In this document: positions 11,582 through 25,482 of the stretch, piece after piece
How the letters are laid out: each line of letters starts with the position of its first letter
Numbering within the stretch: the first letter of the stretch is position 1
Assembly (NCBI GenBank): GCA_964016885.1
Contig: OZ024745.1
Location: 111,786,001-111,850,000 of the forward strand
Direction of reading: 5' to 3'
DNA: 64,000 bases
Source: Eledone cirrhosa
Lineage: Eukaryota
The notes under the pieces: generated by a model
Database searches by the model: none
Seen by the model: the letters and a program-made list of their open reading frames with translations, nothing else
Told to the model about the DNA's origin: nothing
Made by a program: the position numbers and the translations under genes

Positions 11582-13386
11582 CAAAACAGAGTGGAGGGTT
11601 ACAGGGCAAAGACAATAGAAAAATGGATAGTCCCATCTCCTCAGTCAACTTCTGGAAATCACTACTTTTGGTTTTAAGGTTGATACTATTCATTCCAGTG
11701 CACATTAGGACATGACAAAGACAGTACAAGTTATGCCTTTCAGGGAATTACACAAATAAAAACGAAAAAGTATCCCAAGGGCATCAACCAAGAAAGAAAA
11801 GAGAGACTTGTGTATGAGGGCTTAGCAAAAGGAGAAAAAGATATAGAAAGAAGAAAAATAGAAAAACAAAAGAATATTGGCTGAGTCCAATATACAGACA
11901 AAGAAGAATGACACTGAGGTATAGAAAGGAGAAGAAGGGAGAATAGAGGAAGACAGACTGGGCGGTTTGGCATCTATTATATGATCATTTAAAAAAAAGC
12001 CCGCATAGCTATGTCTTTTGAATATAAATTCAAACCAGGGTGGAGGTCACACAGGTCAAAGACACACACACACGCGCATATATATATATACTAGAAGGAT
12101 TCCTAGTGGTACCTGGGAAATAATGTACTGAATTGGTGGCCATTTTGTTGAATGAGAATTGGGGTAATTCTATTGGATGGTCAAGGATGTAATCACAGTT
12201 GGAGCATGATTCAAAAAAGGAGATGGATGAGTACAGTGTGATAGTTCCATTAGAAGAGAGGGTGGATGGTCATAGCTGGAACACTATTAAAAAGAGGGTG
12301 GGTGGTCATAGCTGGGGAGCAAAATATGGAAAAATAAAGATTTAAAGAAAGAATTCCTATGTGTAAATATATATAAGGAAAAGATTGAGATTATCTTTAT
12401 ATAATATATGTATAATATACGGACGGACACAAGCCATTGAACATTCAAATAAATAACCACAATCAAATCAGTATACAAAATAGATAGTTATTTAAATCTG
12501 TCTATTTACTATGTTGATTGTGTCACATATATTGTTCCACACCATCATCACTATCATCATGTAACATCCATTTTCCCTGCTAGCAAACATTGGATGGGTT
12601 GTCACAGGCTGAATCAGTACTCAAGTGGAACTATAACAAACATCAGGACTGTCTAGAAGATAATTAGTTGTTTTAAATCTGTCTATTTATTACCTCAATT
12701 GTATCACAGATATCCTTGCATACTTACAATTTATATTACTGTATATACTCATATATAAGCCAAGAAATATGTGACAAAAGAAAATGTTGGTAAAATGGGG
12801 CGACCTATATTCAAGGTCAATATTTTGCTGAATTGATTTTCACTAACTTCAAAATTCTATGTAAATGAGGTGCTAAAATATTTTCTCTTTGGAGGTGAAT
12901 ATTATACCAATTTCACTTTCGATGGGAAATTCATATTTCTTATTATTTTATGTGTTTTGAATGAATATGGCCTTCAAAATGGTCGAAAATGGGCAAAAGA
13001 TCATTACATAATGGAGTTGTGAAACCAAAAACTTACTTTAAACGACATTTAAAACATTTTAAATATCAAAATATTAAAACTTCATAAATATATTCTCTAC
13101 TCATGAGAATTTCAAAAATCACACTCTTCATTACATACAAATATGCAAGTATGCATACATACATAAATACAAACATGCATACATACATACAAACACGCAT
13201 ACATACACACACACGGAGCATTAATAAAATGTAAGAATCTAATGAATGCAATATTGGGGGGAAAAAATTAATTCATCATAATTATTAAAATAGCTTCACA
13301 AAATATAAGAATCCTTAATATTGCAGAAAGTAAAATATTGCTTTTAGCTGATTCTTTTTTTTTTTTCTTGTAGAAAATAATAATAA

Positions 13387-13572
13387 TAATTGTTTCTACT
13401 TTTGGCACAAGGCCAGCAATTATCCTAGTGTATTACTGGTACTTTATTTTATCGACCCCGTAAGGATGAAAGGCAAAGTTAACCTCGGCGAGATTTGAAC
13501 TCTGAACATAAAGGGCCATAACTCTTTGCTGCAAAGCATGGCGTCCGACCCTCTACCGATACTGTCAATCCA
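13387..13572 (-). mobile_element. tRNA-derived SINE (family A)
   Basis: Matches 62834-63017. Confidence 0.85.
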
Positions 13573-13707
13573 ATAATAACAATATAAGAAACATATGTTT
13601 AACTCAGCTAGCATGCATAAAAAAAAGATGTATGAATTGCAAGCAAAGCAAAACTAAACATCATTTTTACATCCATGCTTTCATGCATGCATGGATATAC
13701 ATATATA

Positions 13708-14714
13708 CCACTGTGCCCCACAAAAAGAAGTCGAGGGGGTTGCAGTCAGGCGAGCTGGGAGGTCATATGTCAGGTGAAGTGTGGTCGACAAAGTTCTCTG
13801 ACAGCCAGGCTTGGGTCTTTCAGCTGGTATGGCAGGGCGCTGAGTCTTGCTGCCACACGTACGGCCTACCTGCAGCTACCTGGTCGATCCAGGGCTTTAC
13901 TACCTCGCTCAGAACGCGGATGTAGCCATCAGTGTTCAGCTTGAGGCCCTCAGGGAAGCAGTGAGGTTGCATGACGTCACCTTGACTGCTGACGACACCT
14001 AAGACCATTGTTGTCACTGGAAACTTTGTCTGCATGACTCTGGACAAGTCTTTGGATGAGACAGCGAGCCACCTGTTGTTCTGGGAGTTGATCTTCTGGT
14101 CTTGGTAGAAGTTTTTCTCGTCGGAGAAAAACCACACCATGTCTAGCTCCAATGGGTGTTTCAACTTGTTGATCAGCTTATTTGCGTACTTCAGTCGCTT
14201 TTCTTGCATCGCCTTTGACAGAAATTGTCTTTTCCTCATCTTGTATGAAACGTAGCGAAGTCTTCATGTACCACCAGCCTAATGAGCTTTTCATCCACGC
14301 TTTTCTCCTTTGCAATGGCATGCATCGACTTGCTAGGTTCATTGTTGATGATATCCTGAACTTCAGCGACAAACTAGGGCGTTCTGAAGGCGTCAGATCG
14401 TCGATCATGTGTTTTCCTCTCTGATGTTGCCTTGTAGTCGAATCCTAAATCTTCCAATTCCTTTCAGACCTTTTCGACCATTCTCCTGCTGACGCTGAGA
14501 AAGTCTGAAATTTCCTTATTTGTCCTCCCAGCGCGGATTCCAAGAAGAATTCCGTGTCTCTTCCACAAATTTGGAGGTTCAAAATTATTCATAATCAATT
14601 ATTCTGAAAATAAATAATGGAAATATAGTCACTGTTTTTATGAAGACAAAAAGTAAAAAAAATTTGCATAAAATTAGCAGTTGAAAATTGCGAACAAATA
14701 TCGTCCACACCCTG
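13708..14714 (-). mobile_element. maT (DD37D) transposon, 3'-truncated, pseudogenised transposase
   Basis: TA|CAGGGTG TIR at 14714; ATG at 14592 (MNNFEPPNLWKRHGILLGIRAG..., HTH-like); WFFSDEK; QQD-(37 codons)-D (NPLD) with two in-frame TGA. Confidence 0.88.
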
Positions 14715-15330
14715 TATATATAGTAGAACACTGGAGTGTTGTATCTGTAGTAGAAGAGCACTCAGTCCATGAGATGAGTTTGGTAGAAGTAGTGCCACAA
14801 CAGTTAATTTGGAAATGGTGAATTAACTGTTGTGGAACTACACTACTTACCTATAATAAATGAATATTTAAACTGTACTCTTTTCTCTAGGCTGTCAACT
14901 ACATTTGTATATATATATATATATTTATCAACAACAGCAGCAGTCACATATATATATGTGTGTGTGTGTGTATATAAAGAGTTGGGAAAGCCCTTTGGGT
15001 GGGCCCTTCGATTTTGTTAATGACATGACTATCTCCTCATCCTTCTCTCACTCAGTGTTGATAAAATGATTAGTGGTCAGAACAGCTGCTATCTGTGGCT
15101 ATCTGTGCTAGCTACCTATCTACAACTTATCTGTCTAACTATCTGTCTCTCTGTCTAGGTACCTCACCTTCTATCTGTTTGTGCCTGAATGTCAATTTAT
15201 TTATGTATTTATTTTTCGACAAGAATAACAATAACAACAAAGCATAAATCCAAAAAGCAATCCGAAGAAAGATAGATTGATAGATAGATAGATAGAACGC
15301 CATTACTGGAATTTTCTGGATACATGTTTA

Positions 15331-15502
15331 ATAATTGTTTCTACTTTTGGCACAAGGCCAGCAATTGGTACTTTATTTTATCGACCCCGTAAGGATGAAA
15401 GGCAAAGTTAAGCTCGGCGGGATTTGAACTCAGAATGGCAAGGGCCGTAACTCTTTGCGTCAAAGCATGGCGTCCGACCCTCTACCGATATTGCCAATCC
15501 AC
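15331..15502 (-). mobile_element. tRNA-derived SINE (family A)
   Basis: Matches 62834-63017. Confidence 0.85.
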
Positions 15503-16495
15503 CTTTAATAATGATTAAAGAAAATATGGAAGAAAAATATTGTAATTAATTTAAATCGTGTGAAACCATTTTGCTGGTTTGAGAGCTAATGAGGGTGAAA
15601 ATGTGAGTGTGTAAACTTGCTTGTACATAGCTCTTCTTTATTTTCTTCTTCCAGTCAGGTATGTGTGCCAGCACACTACTCCTTGTCCTCTATTTCATCT
15701 GCCTGTCATCCACCTTGTGAATTGTTTCTCTGTTGACCACTGGGCACTGGTATTTGTCCTCCGAGGCATTTTTGCCCATTGCTGTCTTTGACAGCATTTA
15801 GCTGTGTTAACGGATGTTTTAATGATGAGTTTTCTCGTTTTTATATGTATTCAAATGAAATACAGCAATGGCTGAAGTGAGAAGAGGATAAAAGAAAATT
15901 GAGGATTCAAGCATCTTTTCACAATATACTGTAATCAAGGAATGATTAAATTAATTAGAGTTTTATTAGAAAGTGACCATAATGCAATTGGGATATTAAT
16001 TGTTAAAAATATAATGATAACAAAGATGTTGGGATATTACATAGCAGTTGTCTATTGGTCCTCATATTTTTGGATAAAATCCCTCATTAAAAAATAATTG
16101 AGGAAATTAATTCAAAGTTCTCCAGTCTCACCCATTCTCTTTCTATATTAGCACTAGCTATCTTCAAGCTATCAATAGATTTTGTATCTAAATTGGCAAA
16201 ACTATATTGGGATGTCTAAGATCAACTTCCAAGATTGCTATTTTTCATGAAGCAGGGTTAACCCCAACTTGCTTGTTGACAGAAGAGTCTAGGAAACGTT
16301 AATTGCTCAGTTTAAATGCAAAATAAAACAGCATATGTGGCTTCCTCCATGAGTAGAACAATTAAGATCACTAGCAGAAAAAGCGCCCTTTGGGCAGTTT
16401 TCTGCTAGCATGTGTAGTGTGCGTATTGGTATTATACGCAAATATATATGCATATAGATATATGTAAATTGAAAAGTAAATTGACAATATCTTCT

Positions 16496-17165
16496 TCACC
16501 CACTTATTTCTGAGAGGGTCGTGGGGGTAGAGTCCTTCTCAAACACTCCTTCCAGCGAGTCTGTCAGTAGCAAACATCTATAACTGATCCAGCTGGATCC
16601 CAAAGCATGACCAGCCAAGCTCATGGATGTTATCCAACTATCTTGCTCAGCGTCTACCTCTGGGTCTCTTGCCGGTTGGTTTTGCCTGTAAAATGTGTCC
16701 ATCGATTCTTTACTGATACATTCTAACCACATGCTCATAATATCGGAGTTGTGATCCCTCAATTCGGAGAAGTAGTGACTCTACCAGGAGTGACTCTCTG
16801 GTCTCTGAGCTATGCACTTTATCGAGTAACGTTACTCCAAAGACCCTTCGAAGGCATCCCATTTCTGCCACTTTTATTTGCAATTGTATTCTTTTGGTCA
16901 TTACTCAAGACTCATGATCCTCAGTAAGAGTTGGCAGGAACACCAGGAAGACAGCGAGTTTGGCTTTTACACCTACCCCACTTCATCTGATTGCTGAATG
17001 CTGAGGCTGGCACTTTACAGCATCAGCTTTTGCAATTCTTGCACTTAATTCAGCTTCCTGCATTCCAACACTCATGAACACGGTTCCAAGATACTTGAAC
17101 TTCTCTAACTGCTTCAGTAGAACCCCATTCACATGTATATAAATTTGAGGGACTTCTGACCACCC
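16496..17165 (-). mobile_element. Decayed RTE LINE 3' portion (family C)
   Basis: LKQLEKFKYLG...ELSARIAKA; AEMGCLRRVFGVTLLDKVHSSETRESL; same family as 6212 and 33420. Confidence 0.85.
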
Positions 17166-17341
17166 ATCCATCACGCAATGTGTATGTGTGTTTGTGTGAA
17201 TGTATGTGTGTGTAAAAAGGAAAGAAAGGGATGCACACACATATATATATGTCTAACTTAAAAACAGTGACACACATGTCTCTAATTTAAGAACGCTGAC
17301 AAACTCACGCGCGCGCACATACACACGCTGTCCTATTACCA

Positions 17342-17830
17342 CTCAAGAGCTACTGCATCCACAGCTGAACGGAACAAAATCCTAAAATACCGTGTCCTGT
17401 CAGCTAACTACATTATCCAGCCTGTGGCGTTCGAGACATTTGGGGGAGTCGGGCTACTGACAGTGAGGTTCTTATCTTCTCTGGCGGCTCGCCAAACAGA
17501 GGTAACAGGTGATGCTCGTGAGGGCACTTGGTTGTTCCAGCACCCCAGCCTCGCCATCACCGCAAGTAACGCTGCGAGCGCACTGGCTTGCCTCAAAAAT
17601 TATTAGAGAGGTTTCCCAGTGCTCCTCGCTATATTGCTATCTTTTGCTCTGGTAGTGGCTCGTTTGTCCACCCCTTTCGCCTGCATATTGTTCTGTAGCC
17701 TAAGATGTGTGTATTACCTGCTTGTGTATTTTTTTCTCTTTATTTTTTCCTTTCCCTTTCCTTTGTATATATTATATTTGTTAGTGTTTTTGTTCTGTAA
17801 CCATTATATTAAATGAGTTTTTAAAAAAAG
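17342..17830 (+). mobile_element. CRE-clade non-LTR 3' end (restriction-like endonuclease tail)
   Basis: AERNKILKY...QPVAFETFGGVG...REGTWLFQHPSLAITASNA; A-rich 3' end. Confidence 0.75.
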
Positions 17831-18499
17831 AGTTAATAAATAAATAAAACATTATACTAGTATTACCCTCCCATCTCCAATTCACCGAATGCTATCATGA
17901 CTGTATGTGTTTGTTTGTGTAAATGTATGTGTGTGAAAGAATGTGTAAATGTATATGTGTGAATGTATGCATGTTTGTGTGAAAGAATGTGTGAATGGAT
18001 GTGTATTTGTGTGAATTATGTCCGTGACAGTGTATTTTCATAAGTTTGTGTTTGCACGATTATAGTTATATACTCATTATAGTTATATACTCGTAATAGT
18101 TATATACTCATGCCTATAAGTGTATGTATGTGCACACTCATACGCGTCAACGTGTAGAAAATCATAAGCTCTCTATCTCTCTCATCACACACTCTCTCTT
18201 TCTATATATATATGGTAGTTGAAGTGGTGATGGTGGTGGTGGTGGCGACGATATACCGGAAGTGCAACTTTGAAAAGAAGTCAATTTAAAATTATTTATT
18301 TTTACGAAATTATTTATGTTTATGAAATTTAGTACATAAATTATGTAATATTCATTTATTCTTTATTCAAAGTAATCCAACTTATTTTACTAACTGGATT
18401 AAAAGAAATAAACCGTATGCAGTCCCGCAGACCTTATTTTATTATAGTTTAGATTTAAAATAAGGATTAAAAACTCAAAAGAGGAAGCAAAAAAATTAC

Positions 18500-18960
18500 C
18501 ATACAAATAACCAGTTTTAGCAACTGGGTTAGTTACACAGATGGGTCACACTCAGACAATGGAATAGGATGTGGAGCTACTTGGTCTTTTGAAAATAGTA
18601 ATAGAGATATGAGCTTCAGATCACATTGGGATTTTACCATATTGGATGCAATATGGTGGAGTGTTATATTATTCATAGATTTAGCTAAAGAAATGCCATG
18701 GGAGAAAGGTTTCCTATTTACTGATAGTTTATCGAACCTAGAACAGTTTCAGTAAAAAAAAGAGGTCGGGTTATAGATATGAGAGTGTTCCTCTAAGAAT
18801 AGATAACTATCTTTCAGAAAATAATAAACAAATAATAATGATTCGGATACCAGGCTATAAAGATATTAGGGGAAATGGTAAAGCAGATGAATTGGCAAAG
18901 GATGGAGTACAAAAGGAAATAACACATATAGATTTCATCCAAACTCTATCACAAGTGAAA
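18500..18960 (+). mobile_element. Decayed RNase H domain of a non-LTR retrotransposon
   Basis: YTDGSHSDNGIGCGA...LFTDSLSNL...IPGYKDIRGNGKADELAK. Confidence 0.7.
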
Positions 18961-19569
18961 TCATTTAGCAAAAATGTAATTAGTTAAGGTGGGAAAAATT
19001 TTAGGAAGAATTTGGAGATAAGCTCTCAAATTTCAATTGCAAGTATGGAAAAATGGATTTTAAAAAGATGTTGATGATGATGATGATGTGTATGTGTCGA
19101 TATATGTATATGGTAGAAGATAATTAGCTATGCAGTGGCATAAGATGTGTACTGCACAGTTGAAAGCAAACTTCTTGACCACAAATATCCCTGTTCCTGA
19201 TTAAAAGTATTTAAAACATAATTGTGCCCTAGCTTTATCCTCTTTATTAAAGGTTTTTTCATATTTTTCTATGAGTTTCTTGTATCTTGTTTATAACTGT
19301 AAAGTTCCCAACTCCACCATCAACTCTTCATAAATAACCAACCAATGAAGGAAGGCTATAGAAAGTGAGGTAATGATGGTCGTGCCTCAGCATATCTGCA
19401 GCTCGTGTACTGAAACAGGCAAAAGATTTAAGGAGTAGACATACACTATCTCATCTTCTAGAAGCTGCCATTTTATAGCAGATAGAGGCAATAGGATTGA
19501 TGTTAATATTACTGCCTGGAATTTGAATGTTTGCCCATTATTAGCTTTATATAATATCAGTTACAAAGA

Positions 19570-20225
19570 TTTACTTTTATTTTTTGTTTGTTTGTGATTT
19601 GGTTATACATTGTACTGTACTGTGAGTATTGCTTCCAACCTTAATTGTCTATTGCTAGTGTTTTCCATTCTGGTTTTGTTTGCTGTTGTGTGATGTAGTG
19701 CATTGCAATTGTCTTTTGATGTTAGAAGATGGTGAGCCAATGGAACCAATATAGCAGTTGGACTCCTGAAGTTTATAACTTTCACATTTACAATCAAATT
19801 TGTAAATCATATTAGTTATTAGTAGTTTATTCACAGGCATATGTTGTTGTTTTATTGGAGATTTTGATTTTTGGCATTTTTATAGTAAATTATTGTTAGT
19901 TTATGGTTTGGTCAAATGCATTTTATGTTCTATTTAACACTTAGAATGCATTTGATTCATGTAATAAACATTATATGTGATTTAGTTATTTTTAATGGGG
20001 TGTGTAGTATCTGATGTATTTATTACATTGTATTTTATGTCAGTAATGTCTTACAGCCTGATCTACTAGTTTGTTTGTATAGCCATTGTTGATTGGTATT
20101 TGTTTAACACCATAGATTCTTTTTAAGTAGTGTTTTATTTGTGGAGGAGAATCTAAATGCACTTCCAAGTAAGGATTTCACCATGAGCATTTTGTATTTG
20201 TGTGCACATTCACTATCATTTATTT
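19570..20225 (-). mobile_element. Decayed Penelope-like RT thumb plus GIY-YIG remnant
   Basis: SECAHKYK...LLGSAFRFSS...KQIPINNGY; NMIYKFDCKC; RQLRLEAI. Confidence 0.65.
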
Positions 20226-20460
20226 GTCTATTTGATGAAGGCAGGCGTGATATATTTGTCCTGTTATTCATTTTTATTTTTTATCTGAATATTTGTCTAG
20301 AAATGGAGTAATTTTATTTTCACTCTAAATTCATCCCATTGATAGAGGGTGGGATGACTACATAGAGCTAATATACTAACGCTTTCCCCTCCAATATATA
20401 TCTCTATTCCTCTTTTTGTCTCTCTTTGTCAGTGTGTGTGTGTATATATATATATACACA

Positions 20461-23400
20461 CATCATCATCATCATCATCGTTTAATGTCTATCTTCCACG
20501 CTAGCATCGGTTTAGATGGGAATTGTCCCATTTGAGGCAAGCTTGGTCGTCTCGTTTGTATAGGACTGTCTGGCAGGTTTTCTACGGCTGGATGCCTTTC
20601 CTAACACCAACCACGTTTACAGTGTGGACTGGGAGGTTTTTACCGTGTTACCTACACGGCCACATTACTGTGAAAGGGGTGGTGTTGATGGGGGTGGGGT
20701 AGTGGGATGGGGTTGTATATTTGATTAAGAAGTGCCTACTGACTGCAGGTTTTGCTTTGTACTTAGGCAAGGCGAGTCTTCTGTATTACTGCGTAGTGCC
20801 AAAGATCTCGGTCCAGTAACATTGTCTTAGAGAGGTGTATGTATGTAAGGTCGGAATTTATCAAATCATCCCAGGTTTTTCTGGGTCTACCTACTCCGTA
20901 ACTTCCATCAATTTTGATCGCCCTGCACTTTTTTATACAACTGTTGTCTTTCATGCGCATCACGTGACCATATCAACATAGTCTTCTCTCGAGTAAACAG
21001 CATCTGATCTCTTATATACCTAATTTCTCACTTAGTTCATTTATGCTTTGTTGTTCAAGTATATTACTATTACAGATTCAACGGAGCATGCATGCTTCGT
21101 TCCGCTCCAGTCTGCGCCGATCCTCTGCACACAATGCCCATGTCTCACTGCCATGTAACATTGCTGTTTGTATGCAGGCATCATACAGCCTGCCTTTCAT
21201 TTTTAGAGAGAAACCTTTAGTGGCCAATAGTGGTATATGCTCTCTGAACTTTTTCCATCCCGTTCTGACTCTGGCTACTGTACTTTCAGAGCCCCCCCCC
21301 CCACTGCTGATTTTGTCACCCAGGTAACGGAAGGTGTCCACTATTTCTATAGAGCCATCTGGGCACTTGCTACTTATTGCACCTGAGCACCGGCCACATA
21401 TAAAATCTACGTTCTTAGATAGTTTTCCTGTGATCCCACTACATCTTTTATGCTGCCATACTTTGCATCCTACATCCTAGAACTTCCTACATCCTAGAAC
21501 TTCAGTCTTAGACAAGTTAACTTTAAGGCCTTTTAATTCTAGGCCATGCTTCCATATTTGGAATATCTTCTCTAGTTCATCCATCAATTCAGCTATGGGC
21601 GTTAGATCATCTGCATATAGAAGTTCCCATGGGCAGCCGGTCTTGAACTCCTCTGTTATAGCCTGAAGGGCAATAATAAATAGGAGGAGGCTAAGGACAG
21701 AGCCTTGATGAACACCAACTTTTACACTAAATTCTTCACTATATTCGTTGTTAATTCTAACCTTGCTGACTGTTTCTTTATACATGGCTTGTATAGCTCT
21801 CACAAGCCATTCATCTACACCTAGTTTTCTAAGAGCCCACCAGATAATGGCACGGGGGACTCTGTCAAATGCTTTCTCCAAGTCAACAAAAGCTAAGTAT
21901 AGGGGTTTACTTTTAGCTAGGTACTTCTCCTGTAGCTGTCGTACAAGGAAAAGGCGTCTGTGGTACTTTTACCTGACACAAACCCAAACTGCATTTCATC
22001 TAGATGAAGTTGCTCTCTGATTAGTTGCGCTATAACTTTCTCTGTGACCTTCATGACCTGGTCAATTAATTTAATGCCTCTATAGTTTCCCCTATCTAGG
22101 GCATCTCCTTTACCCTTGTAGCAGTTCATGATGATGATGCTATGCCAGTCATTTGGTATGACCCCATTCTGTATGACTTGGTTTACTATCCGGGTGACCT
22201 AAGTATGTCCCTCCATTCCAGATACTTTCAACATCTCAGCAACTATCTCCGAAGGTCCAGCTGCCTTGCCTGTCTTCATATCTTTGATTGCCTTACTTAT
22301 TATACTACCTTCAACTTGCACTGCTGGTCCCTCTATTGGATCAAAGTGGGGCAGACTATCTTTTTCCCATTTATTCTCCTCATTTAGTAGCCTCTCGTAG
22401 TGACACTTCCAAGCTACCTTCTTATCAGCATCACTGATGGCAAGTGCACCATCATCATTACGGAAACACTTCACCCCGACAATATCATGGTTTTCCTTGA
22501 CACATTGCCTAGCAATCCTGAACACCTCACATTTTTGGTCCTCACGTTGTAGAACATGCTTGAACTTTCTTTCCTCTGATTCCCTTCTTGCAAAGTACAC
22601 TTGTCTCCTAGCTTCCCTCCTGGCCACTTGATAGTGTTCTCTACTTCCCCCATCCTGCCATACTTTCCAAGCCTGCTTTTTGGCCTTGATTGACTCCTCC
22701 ACCTTACTGTTCCACCACCACATTACTCTCCTCCTGCCTATAGGTCTGCTCCAGCCACAGATTTCATCTGTCGCCTTCAGCAGGTTAACTTTCAGGTATT
22801 CCCACTGTTCCTCTATATTGTATGTCTCTAATTGCTCTTCCTTACTGTCAAAAGCATCAAGTAATATGCTTTTAAATTTGTTACTGGTCCTTTAACTTCC
22901 ATATTCTTCTCCTTTGGGTAGTCCTCCTCTGTTGTCCTGACTATGAGGTCACTAACTATGAGGCTATGTTGGGAGGTGCATTCTTCACGGGGGAGGGATT
23001 TAGTGTTTACAATAGACACTCTGTCACGTCTTCTGGTAAGGATATAATCTATCTGATTGTGTTCCCCTGATCTATAGGTGATCAAGTGATTGTCTCATTT
23101 TTTGAAGTTTCTGTTACAGATAGTTAGGTTATTAGCATCACAGAATTCCAGGATTCTGAAGCCTTCGTCATTTCTAGTACCAAACCCATAGCCTCCATGG
23201 ATTCCGTCATAGCAGTCACAATGTTGTCCAACATGACCATTTAGGTCGCCAGCAATAATTATGTAGTCACTGTTGGTTATTTGGGAGGTAGTGAGCATTA
23301 GCGACTCATAGAATCTGTCTTTTATAATGCCAGGCAATCCAGATTGGGGTGCATATGCGGATATTATTGTCACAGTAGTTCTATTTAGGACAAGTCTTAT

Positions 23401-24541
23401 TTTAATTATTCTGTTGTTCACTCTATTTACATCTATTACATTATCTACCAATTTTTCTGCTAATATAATTCCTACTCCACCCAGCCCATTGTCATTTCTC
23501 ACCCAGAAAAGTTTATAGCATCGTTTTTTTTACTCACAATGAATCTAGCAGACCCACTCCTCCACCTGATCTCTTGAACACAGCAAACATCAACTTCCTT
23601 ATGTTCAAGCATCTCTACAACCTCGTTAGAGCGACCTTTTAAAGTGCCTACATTCATGGTACCAACTCTGAAGTTTTGGATTGCGTTGGGTGGTTGGAAG
23701 GGATGGGTTGGAGGCGCAGGGAGAGGTGAGGGAGATGGGTTATGTTAGCCATCCGCGGCTGAAATAATGAGGAGTCCTTGCATTCTCGTCTGGCAACATG
23801 AGGTGAATTTATCTTTATCTTTGACATTGTCATTGAGTGTCCAGATTCTTCAGACTCTCCAGAATTCTATAGTCCATCTAGCATATCGAAAAGCAGCCAG
23901 GTCTAAACTTAAGGAGTGATAGCCGAGGCAGTGGTTTTGTGAAAGAGATTGGTAAGAGAAACATATTATAAGCCGCTGAATTGTGATTGGACCAAATAAT
24001 AATGGTGGAGAGTGGGGGCGGGTGGGAGGGATCTTGGGGAGTTAGCTAGAAGGTTATTTTATAATATAATCCTAGAAATTTAGCCATAATTAAATGAACA
24101 TATAACAGTAATCAAAGTTTAAATACAAGAAGAAGATTGTTTTTCCAAGTTCTGACAGAATTATGGGAGTTTAAAATACAAGAAGGTTGTTTTGGAGGTC
24201 TGACAGAATTATCGAATAACATTGAAAAGATTGGATTCTAAGTTAAATGGACGATATAATAATGATAGGTGAATGGACTAGGAAAAACATGGAGAGACAA
24301 GAAATAGGGTGAAATACATTACATTTCTCAAAAATAAGCGTTCGGCCAAGATAAGGAATCAACAATTCTGAGATTCGTAACTCACAACAGGTTCATTTTA
24401 TATTTACAAAGAGAGAGAAAGAAAGAGAGAGAGAGGCGGTGAGAGAACCTGCAAGCATATAAACGATGTATGAGGGGGGACAGAGAAGGGAGTAGGAAGA
24501 AGTTTCCCGAAAGGACTAGAAGGTTATTTTATAATATATCC
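20461..24541 (-). mobile_element. Near full-length RTE LINE (APE + RT), frameshifted
   Basis: RVGTMNVGTL...CVQE, ISAYAPQ, GDLNGHVG (APE); NYRGIKL, FVDLEKAFDRV, GVHQGSVLS, LLYADD, FRYLG (RT); (GAT)n tail at 20461-20479; 5' boundary approximate. Confidence 0.92.
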
Positions 24542-24889
24542 ATGTATATATATATATATATATATATATCATCATAATTTTAATGTCCGTATTTCCACAC
24601 TGGTTTGGGTTGGATAGGTCCTTTTCACCACATCTTTTCACCTCAACGATAAAATAATTTTTAGCTAATTAAAATATACGCAGACATGTATATAATGTAA
24701 AATGAAATTGAAAGGCTCCATATATATATGTGTGTGTGTGTATACATATATATACACTGGTCACAGACACACACACACACAGACATATATATATATATAT
24801 ATACACACACAAACTTAGAAACCCATCCTATTTAGCAGGAAATATTCGCTACACACATTCTGTTCTAACACAAGTTATATGATAAATAT

Positions 24890-25482
24890 GTAGAGGGGGA
24901 GTGAATTTGGTCTAGTGAGATAGGGGGAATTGAGAGAGAGTGAGGTATGTAGTAGGATATAGGGAGGAGGAGATTAATTTGTGATCTAGTGATAGCGGGG
25001 AATTGTGAGAGAGTGAGGTGTATAGGGGTATAGAGTGAGGGAGAGGCATGTAGTGAGATATAGAGAGAGGAAGATAATTTGTTGGTTTAGTGAGAGAGAG
25101 GGTATGTGAGAGTAAGAGAGAATGGAGTATGTATTGGAATAGAGAAAGGGGAGAGAATTTGTTGGTCTAGTGAGAGAGGAGCAATTAAGAGAGTGAAAGA
25201 GAGTAAGGTATGTAGTGGAATATAGAGAGAGGGAGAGAATTTGGTGGTCTAGTGAGAGAGGAGGAATTGTGAGAAAGTGTGTTGTATGTAGAGAGATATA
25301 GAGAGTGAGAGAGAATTTGTTGGTTTAGTGAGAGAGGGGGAATTAAGAGAGCAGTAGAGAGTGAAGCATGTAGTGGGATATAGTGAGGGCAAGAGAGTTT
25401 GGTGGTTTAGTGAGAGAGGGAAATTGTGAGAATGATAGAGAGTGAGGTATGTAGTGGTATATAGAGAGGGGGAGAATATTTG
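24890..25482. repeat. Purine-rich minisatellite, ~60-80 bp degenerate unit
   Basis: Repeats of gagagaatttggtggtctagtgagagagggggaattgtgagag...gtatgtagtgggatatag. Confidence 0.85.

Noticed and set aside
13760-13825. TGA recoding in the maT transposase
   Set aside because: Both TGAs are single-base decay from sense codons (TGG and probably CGA or AGA) in a truncated copy
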